From NCBI GenBank assembly GCA_905178155.1, contig CAJINV010000002.1, forward strand, positions 5,017,709-5,081,708: a DNA stretch of 64,000 bases, written 5' to 3'. The position numbers and the translations under genes were made by a program. Positions 10,747-22,668 of the stretch are shown piece by piece (the stretch's first letter is position 1; each line of letters opens with the position of its first letter). The notes under the pieces were generated by a model. The model made no database searches, had not been told where the DNA came from, and saw nothing but the letters and a program-made list of their open reading frames with translations. The DNA comes from Amoebophrya sp. A120. Lineage: Eukaryota; Protista; Dinoflagellata.

Positions 10747-13700
10747 CTACCGCGTCTTCTTCTCCTCAAAACCGGCGCTTCCAGACACTGAACTTTCCTC
10801 TTCCTCGTCTGCCCCGGTGTTCAGAACAACCCCAGCACCAGTCTTCGTTTGTTCCCCCCGCTTCTCGCAGACCATGAGCAAGACCTGAAACACGACCGCC
10901 GTGCTGAACATCAGCACCACCGCGTAGAAGCAGTGGGAGAAATCGCTGCCCGCGTGGCTGGTCAGTTTCGTCCCCACCACGACCAACAAATTCAACGGCA
11001 CCCGAAACACGTTGACCAGCCGCGACTGGTGTTCGTCGGGGTACAGCTCCGCGCGGATCGCGGCGCCGCACGCATTGTACATGCCGAGCGAGACTTCTAA
11101 CACCAGGAAAGAAATGAACACCGGCCAAAACTCGTAGCTGATCAGCGGGACGCACATGGAGAGCGCCGCGATGGCGTACACGAGGAGGGAAATTTTGCCG
11201 CTGCTGTTCAGCAGAGAGAACAAGAAGATAGTGGATGAGGAAGCGGCAGCACTCGCGTTCGCTCCCCTACTTTTCCTCTTCGCAGCAGCATTATCGACAT
11301 TCGTCCCGATCGCCGTGTATAAAATCCCCCCGAGCGTCATCGCCAGCATGAAGCACGCAAAGATTAAGCCCGTCGGAATTTTCTGCGAGTTCAAAACCAT
11401 CTGCATATTTGGCACCCACATGAACACGAAGGTGAAGACCCCGCCCTCGTAGAACGCCTGACTCAGGCCGAGGCAGAGGATGGTCGGCGTTTGCGCGATC
11501 AGCTCGCACGTGTCTTTCAAGTGTTGGAGCAGCGGCTTGTCTTCTGGTTTCGAAGCGTCGCTAGTTCTCGAACAAGATTTTGGCTTCTTAGTGTCCGCAG
11601 ATGTTGTTGAAAACTCCTCCAACTCGTACACCTCTCCTCCTGGTGTACCTTGACTCCGGGGACGAGGCTTGTACACCCATTCCTCCTCCCCGTCGCCCTG
11701 CTGCACCTCCAAGGCCGCGTTCTGACTGCTCCGCGCAGACGAGGTCCGGGTCAAGATATTGATCGCTGCTTCGCCCTCCGGGGTTCCATTCGGTCTGCCG
11801 CGACGACGGATGTTGGGGCCGGCAGTAGTGCCATGCAGTTCGTCGATAAAAGAGGAGGAACCTCCTGTAGTTGTACTCTTGTACACCGACGCAGGGGACG
11901 GGATATTTGGCGCCCGGGTTCCGTCGTGGCCGCCGGAAACGGTTTCTGTTGCGGTACTGAGGTACGAAACCGATTGCAGATCGTTGCTGACGTTCGCCGG
12001 GAAGGAGGAAGATCCTTGGTTAATCCCGTACGGCAGTACTCCTTGGGCGGCTGCTACAGCAGCGTGGTGCAGCTGCGCCGCAGCCCTTGTAGTTGTGTTT
12101 GTTCCCTGCAGGAAGTTCAGGTTCGTGCCTTGCGGGGGCTGTGGTCCTCCACCCTGAACTGCCATAGTTGTACCCGGACCACCTGCCAATCCGCGCGGCG
12201 TGTTTGCGTTACTCCCGAGCGGGCTGTTCGCATGATTCAACATCCCGTTGTTGTTGTTCGGTGGACTGGCAGCTCCACTACCGCCGCTCAGCACCGAGTG
12301 GTACGACGTGACCGAATTCTTCGACCCTCCCCTGCCGCCGCCCTGCCCGGAAAAGTGGCACTCGCGACGGCTCGCGCTGGTGTTGTAGAGGGAATTGGTT
12401 CCACCCCGTGCGGCCGACGATCGGTGTGCGGCAGTGGCCGTTCTGGCAGGATTATTCGCCGCAGCGACTGCGTGGGGATTGTTCGTTTCCCGCCGTGGTC
12501 CGCCGGCAGGTTGGAAGTTGTTTTGCACAACTCCTTCAAAATTCCCCGCGGCCGGGTCTTCCGGCCGTGCGCCGATCGGGGGGCGAGCAGGCGGAGCTGC
12601 AACCGCTGCCGGCGCCGCACGAAGATTTGTTCGTGGTCGTTGTTCAGCTGGAGCGTGATTCCCCTGATTTACTTGTCCTGCGTTCGCCTCGGACTGCGTG
12701 CTAGTTCTCCGTCTCGTCGCCCCGGACACCACCTGGGTGTTCCGGTGCCGGCTCGACGAACCTCCCGGGTGTTGAAAGCTCGGCGTTAGGCTCGTGCTCC
12801 TTCTTCGCGTCAGGTGTCTCTTGTGGTGCGCCGAGAGAAACGGGTTCTGCTTCGGGCTCGGGCACCCCCACGTGACGGACAGGGGCAGCGTTCGGGAGTT
12901 GCTGTTCGGTTCCTCGTCGCTCGTATCGGTCGTCGACGGATATGCATTGCAATTATATGTCTGCCGGGTCGGGACACAAACTGACTGCATTCATTACGCG
13001 GCCAGGCATAACAAGTTTTCGAGCGGTTCTGCAGTGAGCAAGGCGAATAAGTAGAAACAGAAGCTCGTTTGCAACACAGAAAAGCAGTGCTAATAGTTTC
13101 AAGCATGCATCATGTACAGAGTTCAGGAGTACGCTTGGAATTCAGCACTACAAGTCTTGCAACCTCCCAGACCCAGACATATTTGCATTCCATAACCGCT
13201 CGTCCTCGTCGATCTCGTTCGGTTTTTTCGTGGCAGAAGGGGGGTTCGGGAGTGTCGCGCCCGTGAGGTGATGCCCGGTCGCGGTCGTGGGGAGAGATAC
13301 AGACTTTGATGTTCTTTCCGCAGTTCTTGCATGAAGTTCCTCATCCGCGGATGAAACAACGCCGCCCAGCAGCGGCATCGTCTCTTCATAATTCCTCTCG
13401 CCTTCTGGCAAAGGAAGAGACATTTTTGGCGCTACCGGGATAGGAGCACCGCTTTCCTCGTTTTCGAGGTCGGGGTTGTGCTGACCCTGTAGGACCGACG
13501 CGCTCGCTATCGCCGCAGTACTATCAACCACCTGTGTTCCCTCGCGCTGTTCTACTTGTAAAGCAGATTCATTCCCTTGCTTATTCGCACTCTCCACAGC
13601 GGCAGGCACCCCGGAGGTGGTAAAACTACTAACCGTAGCTGCTCCACCTCCTCCTACAGAACTCTCCTTATCCTCTTCCCACAGAAAGAGGATCAACAGC

Positions 13701-14790
13701 AAACACACCACCGTCAGCGCGATTGCGAGCTGAAAGGGCCCGAGATCTCCCCGCTTGTCCGCCGCGATTTGCGCCAACAAGCCCCCGATGATCGCGACGA
13801 TTCCGTTCCCCGCGGACGCGATGGCGAAGGTCGCGTTCAAAGATTTTTCCGGGAACTTCCGTCTTCGATGCTCCGACACCATCCAGGCTTCGAACGCGGA
13901 AAAGAGGAGACTGGACGAGATCCCGGACAAAACGCGGCCGAAAAGTAGCAACGGGAAGTTGTTCACGTGTTCGATCAGGTTGATCACGATTTCGATCCAG
14001 CAGAAGAACAGACAGGCTTTTTTCCTCCCGTACAGATCCACGTACAGCCCCAGGTAGGTTCCTAACACGGCGGAAGACAGGAAGCCGGTGAGGAACAGGG
14101 TTCCCGTATCCACGCCATACTCGTCCTCGTACAGCGTGTACATATTCGTCCCTTGCAGCCAATCCGCGAGCATGATGGTCAAGTACACCGAGATATCCTG
14201 TGCAAAAGTATCGCACTCGTAGTAATTGCAGTCATGCATTACAAATTTTTTTCTGAAGCTAAATCCGCATTACAAATTTTTATTTCTAATGCTGAGCAAA
14301 TTTGTAATGCATTTATACGAGTACGATGCTTTTGCATTCCATACGAGAGGTACTTCAGCTGAAAGGTCCGGAAACTCGCCTTGTTCTTCTCCCGGCGGAG
14401 CTGCTTCTGCGTTTGCATGAAGTGAATTTGCTCCTCACGATCCGCGGTGCGGACGGCTTTATTCCCGTGGTCACTGTCGCAGCTCTGCTCACTGCTAGTA
14501 GTTTTTGAAGGAGAGTCGGATACTTTATTGTTCTTCTCGTGGTCGGGAAAAAATCCGGTTTTCGTGTTGTCATCGTCCTTAGTGATATCCCTGCCTCTGC
14601 TTGACCGCGACGCTTTCCGTTCTTCAGATGAGGTGGATGATTTGGAACCGGAGCTCGAGCTGTTGCTAGCTCTTCGTGCCGTGTACTTCGACAAGATTGC
14701 TACGAGGACGGTGAGAACGGCAATGGTCCGCAGCGCCCAGGGCGGCCACGGTTCCGCCGCGGCAAGACTTGCCGCGTCGGAGAGGTCCAT
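10747..14790 (-). CDS. MFSD5: MFS molybdate-anion transporter family (MFSD5/MOT2-like), 3 exons
   Basis: After splicing: FQLKYLS|VYLTIMLADWLQGTNMYTLY, DLYGRKKAC, GRVLSGISSSLLFSAFEAWMVSEH, FYEGGVFTFVFMWVP and NVFRVPLN, motifs typical of this family; introners at 14194-14343 and 12941-13194. Confidence 0.88.
12941..13194. mobile_element. Introner F1, older/diverged copy
   Basis: TATGCATTGCAA... / ...CCAGACCCAGACATATTTGCATTCCATA; diverged TSD ACGGA/ACCGC; removal gives DEDER|STTDTS in frame. Confidence 0.8.
14194..14343. mobile_element. Introner F5 (150 bp; TATCCTGTGCAAAAGTATCG)
   Basis: TIR of ~28 bp; TSD CGAGA; sister copy at 58570-58719. Confidence 0.93.
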
Positions 14791-15454
14791 AGCTTTCGAC
14801 TTCAGTACTACTTCGCTGTCTTTCTGAAGCTTCACCGCCACATTATAGGTTAGTTTTGTTTCCTCGACACGGGACTGTCGAGCTATTTTTATGGCTGCGT
14901 CCTTGTTCGCAGCTGCGTCAGATTTCTACTGTAACCAGTGAAGACGCGAAACATACCTACAACATACCGAAAAGCGCACTCAACTAACTACGGAGGAATC
15001 GTTTTCAGAAAAAATATGGGCAATTTTTATGACAGCTCATCAATAGGGCGGAATCATAAGTCAAGGATGGTGCTAGGGGTGCCTGGGGCGTGGAGTGGAT
15101 TTGACGTAAGTGCTTTCGGTTTATTTGCATTTTGGTCATGATCTATGAAGCGTTCAATGAAAAAGAACGAAAAAAAACCGAAACGATAGCCGTTTGTGGT
15201 TTGTAAAACAGTAAAGCGTTCTCCTCTCTCACGCCTGCTTTGCCTTTGTTGACCTCTTTCTCACAGATAGCGGTTGTAGAAAGCACCGACATCTTTCTGT
15301 CCTCAAACACACCGACAAGTTTAGAACGGTGGTGTGAACAAACAGGAATGGGGCGAGCATTTTGCCTATCAATCTAAATCTTCACTCGATTTCTTTCAGG
15401 TGACGTGACAACAAGAACTCGCAAGGCAAATTTTACGCATCACACAACTTCATC

Positions 15455-18400
15455 TCACTCAGCGGGCGTTCCTGTCCTGTTCTTCTTCTTTGTGCTCAGA
15501 GTACTGAACGATCCAGAGTGCGGCCCTGGTGATGTCCGTGCTTTTATTTCACCGGCATCTTCCTCATTCTCCTCTATCACAAACACATCCTCATCTGCAA
15601 GAAAACCACCACTACCGGTAGCTCCGTCTCTACTTCGGCCAAATCCCTCAAGTGCCTCTCCCGTCGTCGTAGCCGGCGTCGACTGATTCCGCCGGCTCAT
15701 CGCCAGTTTCGAATGGTGCCGGGAGTAAGAAAAAAAGAGGATCGACGCGAGAACCGCAAAAACCAATCCCTGCATCAGCGCGTGGCTCGGCAAACCGCAA
15801 ATTATGGATGTGTCAGGATCGAAATCGACAAAATCGAAAAATTTGTGGTGCATAAAATATAGGGCACGCGACGCCTGTATTGGGGAGCAGGCAAATGAGA
15901 CCGATTGTAAGCCTGTTTAGGGGTATGCAATGTGTTGCCAGAGTAGGATGACAGGAGCAGTCTGCTTTGCCCAAACAGCATGACAGACTGGATTTTGGTG
16001 GTCCCGAAATTTGTCATGCGCCACTTGGAAACTGAGGCTCCGACTGGCATCGATTTTGTGCATCACAAATTTTTCGATTTTCTCGATTTCGATTCTGACA
16101 CTTCCATACAAATCAGGTAGCAGTTACAGAGGATCGACACCAGCGCGGGAAAGGGCATGAAGGGAATGCGAAACTTGGTCTGCAGCTCTTCCTCCTGTTT
16201 GATTATGAAAGTGCACAACTCCCCCCCCCTCATTTGTATTGCATGACCAGCAATACAAGCGTCAGCAAGAATACAGGTTTTGCATGACAAATTTGCACAG
16301 GCGTGTGGTGCTATTTGGGCTGCCAGAATTTGCCATGCAAACAGTGCCAAACGCGGCCCAGGAGTGAGTTAGGCATTTTGCATGACAAATGAGGGGGAGG
16401 GGGGGGGGGTTGCGCACTCTCATATTGATCCGCTGCGTTCTTATCTTGTGCTCCAGCTTTTGCCTTGTAGTCGGCGGCGTCTGGTACAGCGGGTTTGTGC
16501 TCCTTCCGATAATAGACGGTGCGTCGGGTTGATGATGCGCGGTTCCATTTTTGCCGCTCATGTAGTAAGGAGAAGAAGAAGAAGATTTTTCGAGTTGCTC
16601 CGAAGTAGAGAGCAAGCTGCTTGAGTCGTCTCTACTTCTGTCCTGTTCTATCCGCGTGGACACCGTGCAGAAGTGCCATTTGTAGACCAAAACGACAACG
16701 CCGAGCAGGAGAATGACAAAACCAGCGCAAAAGACGAATAGATTGGAAGCTCCTTTGTTGTTTTTCATCACGTAATAGGCGTGCGAGAGCAACAGGCCTC
16801 CCGTGATGATCGCTAGCAGCGACGGAATGCAGGTGTCCGGGTTGGTGCCAAGACTTTCCTCTGCTGTCACGGTCTCGAAATCAGAGTCCCCGTCGCAGCC
16901 GGAAGAGATGTCTGCTGCGGCTTCACCCGTCCTCGAGAGGTCTTGAACTCCTCCTCCTGGTAGTGCCTGCTCCTCCATGCTAACCGCCCCTCCCGTCCCG
17001 TCCTGCTTCGGTGAGGCTGCACCCACCGCGGTGACGAGTTCGAGCTCTATCAAATGTAAAAATGTCTGGGTCTGGAAACTTGTGATGCTGAGTGGCGTAG
17101 CATGAGGAGGCCACAAGTGCTGGCTCAGCATGACAAACTTCTGAGCTTGTAGGTGTTGCTTATTCTGCATGACAAATCGCTTCGTCGCATGACAGAAAAG
17201 TGCGGCTCTGGGGCAACGTGCATGACAGATTTAAGAGTCATGCCAGACAAGCATGACAAACATGCATTCTTCCAGACCCAGACATTTTTACATTTGATAA
17301 GCTCCGTGGTTTTGCTAGTACTGCTCGGTGAAAAGCCGCGCCGGGTCCCCGTCGCGGATCTACTTCTGTGGTCACCTACCGCCATCAAAGCCGCCGCGTT
17401 ACTATCGTCCACAATTCTCGTCCTTTCAAACCGGAACCGCAGCTCCACCGCTCCCGCGGCGACCAGCTACCAACTGCAAAAGTGTCTGGGTCTGGAAGAG
17501 TGCCAGACTTGTCATGCAGGTTTTCCATGGCCCATGAGGTCTGGCATGCAGGACATGGCATGACAGATTCTGTGAGAGTTCTATTATGCCTATCCTGCAT
17601 GAGAAACTGCCTCTCGATTAGGTCAAAAGTGCACAGCTTTTGGTAATCATGCAACACAGAATCAATTTTACATGATTCAGATTTAGCATGACAAGTTGCT
17701 TTGTTCCAGACCGAGACACTTTTGCATTTGATACCAGCGTGAACCCGACCAACGCGCCGAGCGACACGAAGTCCGCGAGGAGCTCGAATTCTAAAAATCC
17801 GCCAAACACCGCGGCGATTACGGTCGAGAAGATGACCGCGAATCTGGGAACCGTTCCCTCGTTTTCGTCGGTATTGCTGTCACCATTTGCTCCTCCGCTT
17901 CTTAGACCAAACTTCCCGGGTATCAGCCCGTCCTCCGCCATCCGGTATAAAATTCGCGGGTTCGCCACGATGCAGGCCAGCACCGTCGACAAGGTGTTGC
18001 CCAGTGCGCCAACCGAGATCACGCTGGTGATCACTTGCGGCGCCCCCCGGAGGCGAAACGCGTGGGCGAGGGGCGCCTTGGTGTCCACGTTCTCGTTGGT
18101 TTGCACCATGGAGGCGAAAACGAGGGAGACGGAGACGTAGAGGGTGCAGGAAACGAAGATGGTCAGTACGATGGCGTTCGGGATTACCCGGTTCGGATTG
18201 ATCGCTTCTTCGGCTAAAGTGGTCACCATGTCGAATCCGAGAAAGGCGAAAAACACCAGCGACGCGCCGCGTAAGACCCCGCGAAACCCGTTCTTCAGGA
18301 AAGGCTCTTCTTCGGGTTGGGGTTTTGCTGTTTCTCGTGTCGACGAGGAAATTTTTCTTGTTGCGGACGGTTGTAGTGGTGCGGATGATGCTGATTGTTC

Positions 18401-19984
18401 TCGCCGGCTATTTATTTTCGCCGGTCCACGACCCAACAGAAGTTTTCTTAGCTTTCTTCCCGGCAAGTCCTTCGGGCTTTTTGGCATAGGCTTTTCCTTC
18501 GGTAGCATCGACCCCTCGACTCTATCGCTTTCTCCACTATTTTTGTTTGTCCCCTTGCTGCGGCTCTCGTTTTTGTCTTCCCGGTACCGCGCCGCAGAGG
18601 CCGGTAGGTTGAAGTTGTGATAGGAACTCGACGCAGGTGTTGCTGACGGAATGCTACCTGACGTAGTTGGCCGCCCACCAACATTCATCGTGCTCGTCGT
18701 CGGAACAACTGCCTCGCGACCCGCCGACGTCGACCCGGTACTATCCACCAGCGGATGAGTGAAGCACAGGAGCGCCCCGGCGCAAATGAAGAAGAAGACG
18801 ATGCCGATGTTGAAAATCTGCACGACACCGTTGAAAGCCGCCGGTACGCCTTTCAGATTGATCACCCCAAGAATTAGAATCAGCAAGCAGGAGATATAAC
18901 CTGCTCCGGTGTTACAACCTCAAGCGTTACAATAGAATATGGAAATCTGTGATGCAAGTGCATGATCTACCCCACTCCCACAGGATTGCGCATGACAAGT
19001 TCCGGAGTCCCAAACCGAACTACAATCTGGCGAAATTTGTATTGCAGAAAGCGGAATGCTGTCCGAGTCTGTCATGCACATGCTCGTCACGCAATGCAAA
19101 ATCCAGACTCTATTGTAACGTTTGAGATTGTAACGCTTGAGCAGGTCATAGGAGATCAGGGAGAGGGAGAGTCCCGTGTCGTAGCCGTCTGTTGTTGAGA
19201 CCGGGTGATCGAAGAGCCAGGGGTAGTGTTCCACAAAATTTTTACTGCTCTTCGACGTTATGGCTGGTGTTCCGGTCGTTTGCCCAACCATTGTAGGACT
19301 AGTAGTCCTCTGACTGCCTCCTGGTGCAACGTAACTACTACGCGGTGCTGAAGATGGTGCTTCTAAAAGGGTGTCGACCAACAGTCTTTTCAGGTAGTTT
19401 GTGAACGACCGCGCCACCGCCGCGGTGCTCACGATGTTGCCGAGGACGATGAGCCCGCCGGTTTGGAACGCCGCGTATTCGCCGAACACGGCGTACACGT
19501 AGGAATACGCGCTGCCCGCCGTCGGAATCCGTGTGGCCATCTCCGCGTAGGACAGGCCGCTGCCGAGACAGCCCAGCGCCGCCACGACGAAGGAGAGAAA
19601 CACGGACTTCACGCCGGTCAACTTCGCCGCCACGCCGAGGGACACGAAAATCCCGGCGCCAATGGTACATCCGAGACCGAAGCCCACGAGGTCGAAGAGG
19701 GTCAGGGTGCGCTTCAGTTTGTTTTGCGAGTCCAGTTGTCCGGGTGCTCCTGCATTTGGTCCAGTTGCGGCCGTTGTTGTAGTACTTGAGTCGGGTACTT
19801 GAAGAACAAACTTCTGCGGCGTCAGCTGCTGCGCGGGAGGAAAACTGCCCCGTGTGTCGCGGTCCCGATTTGATGACTCAGCGCCGGTTGCCCGGCAAGT
19901 CGTCGCTTTGTGCCGTTGCACGAGCTGTGGGACCTCCTTGCAGCGGCGAATCGCGTCGCGCCAGCTGCTCGCGTCCCGATCCAT
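15455..19984 (-). CDS. Cationic amino acid transporter (APC superfamily, SLC7/CAT-like), 6 exons
   Basis: LKRTLTLFDLVGFGLGCTIGAGIF, SYAEMATRIPTAGSAYSY, FFAFLGFD..TTLAEEAINP and C-terminal FRIPFMPFPALVSILCNCYLI; five introners, each removable in frame. Confidence 0.92.
15803..16108. mobile_element. Introner F2 (TATGGATGTGTCAGGATCGAAAT)
   Basis: ~55-bp imperfect TIR; TSD CAAAT; near-identical to 28685-28990. Confidence 0.95.
16204..16424. mobile_element. Introner F6 (TATGAAAGTGCACA + C-run)
   Basis: TIR with C-run/G-run; TSD TTGAT; joins QRI|KQEEEL. Confidence 0.92.
17048..17299. mobile_element. Introner F1
   Basis: Perfect 30-bp TIR; TSD AGCTC; joins KTTEL|ELVTAV. Confidence 0.95.
17468..17733. 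mobile_element. Introner F1
   Basis: TIR; TSD CCAGC (GCTGG in transcript sense); interior shared with 29080-29340 and 55453-55714. Confidence 0.93.
18895..19150. mobile_element. Introner F3 (TATGACCTGCTCAA)
   Basis: TIR; TSD GGAGA; sister copy at 58766-59018; joins SLIS|CLLILIL. Confidence 0.93.
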
Positions 19985-21053
19985 CGCGAGGGCGGAGGCC
20001 GAGCCGCACTAGTGTCGAGAGATCACGCCCGGCCGGTTTTTTTCCGGTGCACGGAAAGCCCCGCGCAGTTATTCTTCTTCATTGGTTCATGGGCAAGGCT
20101 ACTGGCTCGCCGCACACCGATGCGGCTTCGCGCACCGGTGCAGTTAATCCAAGGAGAAGATCTACTACGCACAAGCGACCTGTCAGTTGCGGGAACTAAA
20201 GCTCGACGCCCGCGAAACAAGAAAGCGACACGAAGCGAAATCACAAGAACAATATAGCAATGTGCCCACTGTGCGCGGGCGGCAGACACGGAGCGGGCAG
20301 AACTGTCGCAGACCGGGCACCACCGGCGTTCGGGGGCACGTTGCGTGCGAGCCCGCCAAATCTTGGGCGGGCTGCTACCACGCGCGGCACCGTAAGACAC
20401 AGCACTTCGCTATTGTGCATGTAAACTTTAGTTGGGCGGTATTGCGGAGCGCCATGCAGGAAGGTAATGCGGTGGGTGGGCGCGCATGCAGGAAGGCGGA
20501 GCGCCGCACCGCCGCGGGGGCGCTGCAAGCCTGCCGCCCGTCGAAGGACGCGAACAGACGGACGTCACCAGGCGGCGCCCACTGGACCATCCGAGTGCGA
20601 TCATCCGCCAACTGTGCTGCTCATCTTGGTATGTTGTCCCATTATAAATAGGCCCAGTGTAATTACAGGAGATCAGATCGCGACCTTCTCCTGATCAAGA
20701 TGCATGGATCGCGATTCTCGGAAGCCCAGTTGTGATTTTTTACCCCCAAGGACACCAGGACCGCCGTTCTGGGTGGTTGGATTGACATTCTTTGTCGCTG
20801 TGAGTCCTGATATTACAATGCATGACAGTCAAATTGGTTTTCTTGCAAGTTAGGAGCGCCTTGACGCAAAAAATTGGAAGCCGGTGGCCTGACCAGGTAA
20901 AATCTCAAAAGCTGGAGGCCCGGCCGCACAAAATCTTGCGAGCTGGCTGCCCCATCGCACAAAATCTTTGAAGGCCGCGCCTTCCAAGATTTTCTGCGGC
21001 CGGGCCTCCACCTTTCGAGATTTTACCTCTCTAAATCTTGTAAGCGAGTGGGC

Positions 21054-21767
21054 CTACTGCGCAAAATGTTCAGCAGTGGCGCCTCTAAATTGCAGAATTG
21101 CGCTAAATGGTGGCCGTACAGCAAAAAGTCTCTGAAACTGGAGTAACAATTGGGGCCTATGGCATGCGTGAGCGTGCACATTTGACCCATGTTGCGCCTG
21201 TAATGCGTAGTAGATGGCGTCGTGGTTGAACTCAACCTCCGCCATCATCTTGGACCAGCGGGCTAGCTTCGGGAGGAACTTTGCCATTGCCTCCGTCTTC
21301 GGATCGAGGATGGGCATGGCCTCGCTGATCTGTTCCGCCTTTATCACGTCCTGCGGCGACAGCCCCTTGCCGCTCGGCGTAGGAAGGGCGGCCCACTCCT
21401 CCAGCATGGCCAAAACCGCAGTTCCCGCCTCGCAGTCCGCTGCGGAAATCTCGTCGGTGACCTTGTCCCGCAAGGCCATTCCCGTGCGCCTTTTCGAAAA
21501 CGCAGTCGCGGAGCTGACCCCGCTCACCGCACTGCTTGCGGGTTTTCCTTCGTCCTTCTCGGTCGGGGTAGGGGTGGCGGTGTTCATCTTTTCCAGCATC
21601 TGCGCCATCATCTCGCCCTGCTTCGCAACCGCATCTGCCAGTGTGCCCATCGACGTCGCCAAAGACGCAAGGCTTGCCGCTTGGGCGTTGCTGTGCAGGG
21701 AGGAAATCTCGCTGCTGGCATCGCCTTCTCCGTCCCGCCCCTTGCTGCCTTTTCGCTTCTTCGCCAT
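21054..21767 (-). pseudogene. Truncated gag-like ORF
   Basis: ORF starting MAKKRKGSKGRDGEG with helical, protein-like composition, downstream of the PBS; no pol follows; runs into the minisatellite. Gag identity rests on position only. Confidence 0.45.
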
Positions 21768-22668
21768 GATCGCTTCGCGTCGCACCCGCGGGTTGGGAAA
21801 GTTGAAGACAGAGGCGCCCCGTAGTGGTGTTTTGTTGCTTCGCACGTTGCTACGGTGATGATGTAGCCTCTAGAGTCGGAAGGTAGTGATGTCCGGATAT
21901 CCACCGCGTTTCGAGTTCCCCCGAACCAGTTTCGCGGTGCTAGTGCCTTTTCGACCGCTCGCCACCCTCGCGCCCTATCGGAATGGCCGCAAGGTCGGTT
22001 TTTGGCGTTCCTACCACCGGACTTCCGCACTTCCTGCTTGCCGCGGAGCGTGGTCCGCGCACTTACCGTCGTCCTAGAAGCGTGGAAGACGGTAAATAGC
22101 TCCTAATGGAGAAGCCGCCGCGACGAAGCCCAGCAGCGTCGCGTCGTCTGGAATAGCTTAGGGAGAGAAGAAGCCCCGAAGCGCTCAACGGGGTTACGGC
22201 ACCATGTTAGATCGATCCAGAACACAGAACGAAATACGAGCCACCCACGTAGCCACACGCGGGGCAGAACCAGACAAAGATAGTAGAAACCAACCTAGAG
22301 AAGGCCAGCCACGTCCATCGTCAAGCCAGTAGCATGGTGTTTAGGTCTCTCAACGATCTACAGAGCCCCGACAGCAACGAACTACGAACGTACGAGCCTG
22401 GTGCTCTCCTCCTCTCCCTCTCTCCCCCTGGCGTTCTCTCAAGTGTCCGAGCCCGAGCCCTAGCGGCTGTAAATTCTACGCATTACAGGCGCAACATGGG
22501 TCAAATGTGCACGCTCACGCATGCCATAGGCCCCAACAATTGGGGCCTTCTCTGGACGTGGCTGGCCTTCTCTAGGTTGGTTTCTACTATCTTTGTCTGG
22601 TTCTGCCCCGCGTGTGGCTACGTGGGTGGCTCGTATTTCGTTCTGTGTTCTGGATCGATCTAACATGG
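21150..22668 (-). mobile_element. Rearranged LTR-retrotransposon fragment (partial 5' LTR, PBS, truncated gag-like ORF)
   Basis: On the minus strand ...GATCTAACA is followed directly by TGGTGCCGTAACCCCG (22204-22189), resembling a tRNA-His PBS, then an ORF from 21767. Perfect IRs at 21150-21210 / 22476-22536 and 22202-22317 / 22553-22668. Confidence 0.65.

Noticed and set aside
10747-19984. MFS and APC loci as frameshifted pseudogenes or separate small genes
   Set aside because: All breaks coincide with introners whose removal restores one continuous frame.
22403-22428. Purine tract on the minus strand as the retroelement polypurine tract
   Set aside because: It is not followed by a TG LTR start and lies upstream of the PBS; more likely LTR-internal.
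21150-22668. DIRS or Penelope-like element suggested by the split inverted repeats
   Set aside because: No RT, tyrosine recombinase or GIY-YIG sequence and no hammerhead core seen; the CA followed by a TGG PBS favours an LTR origin.
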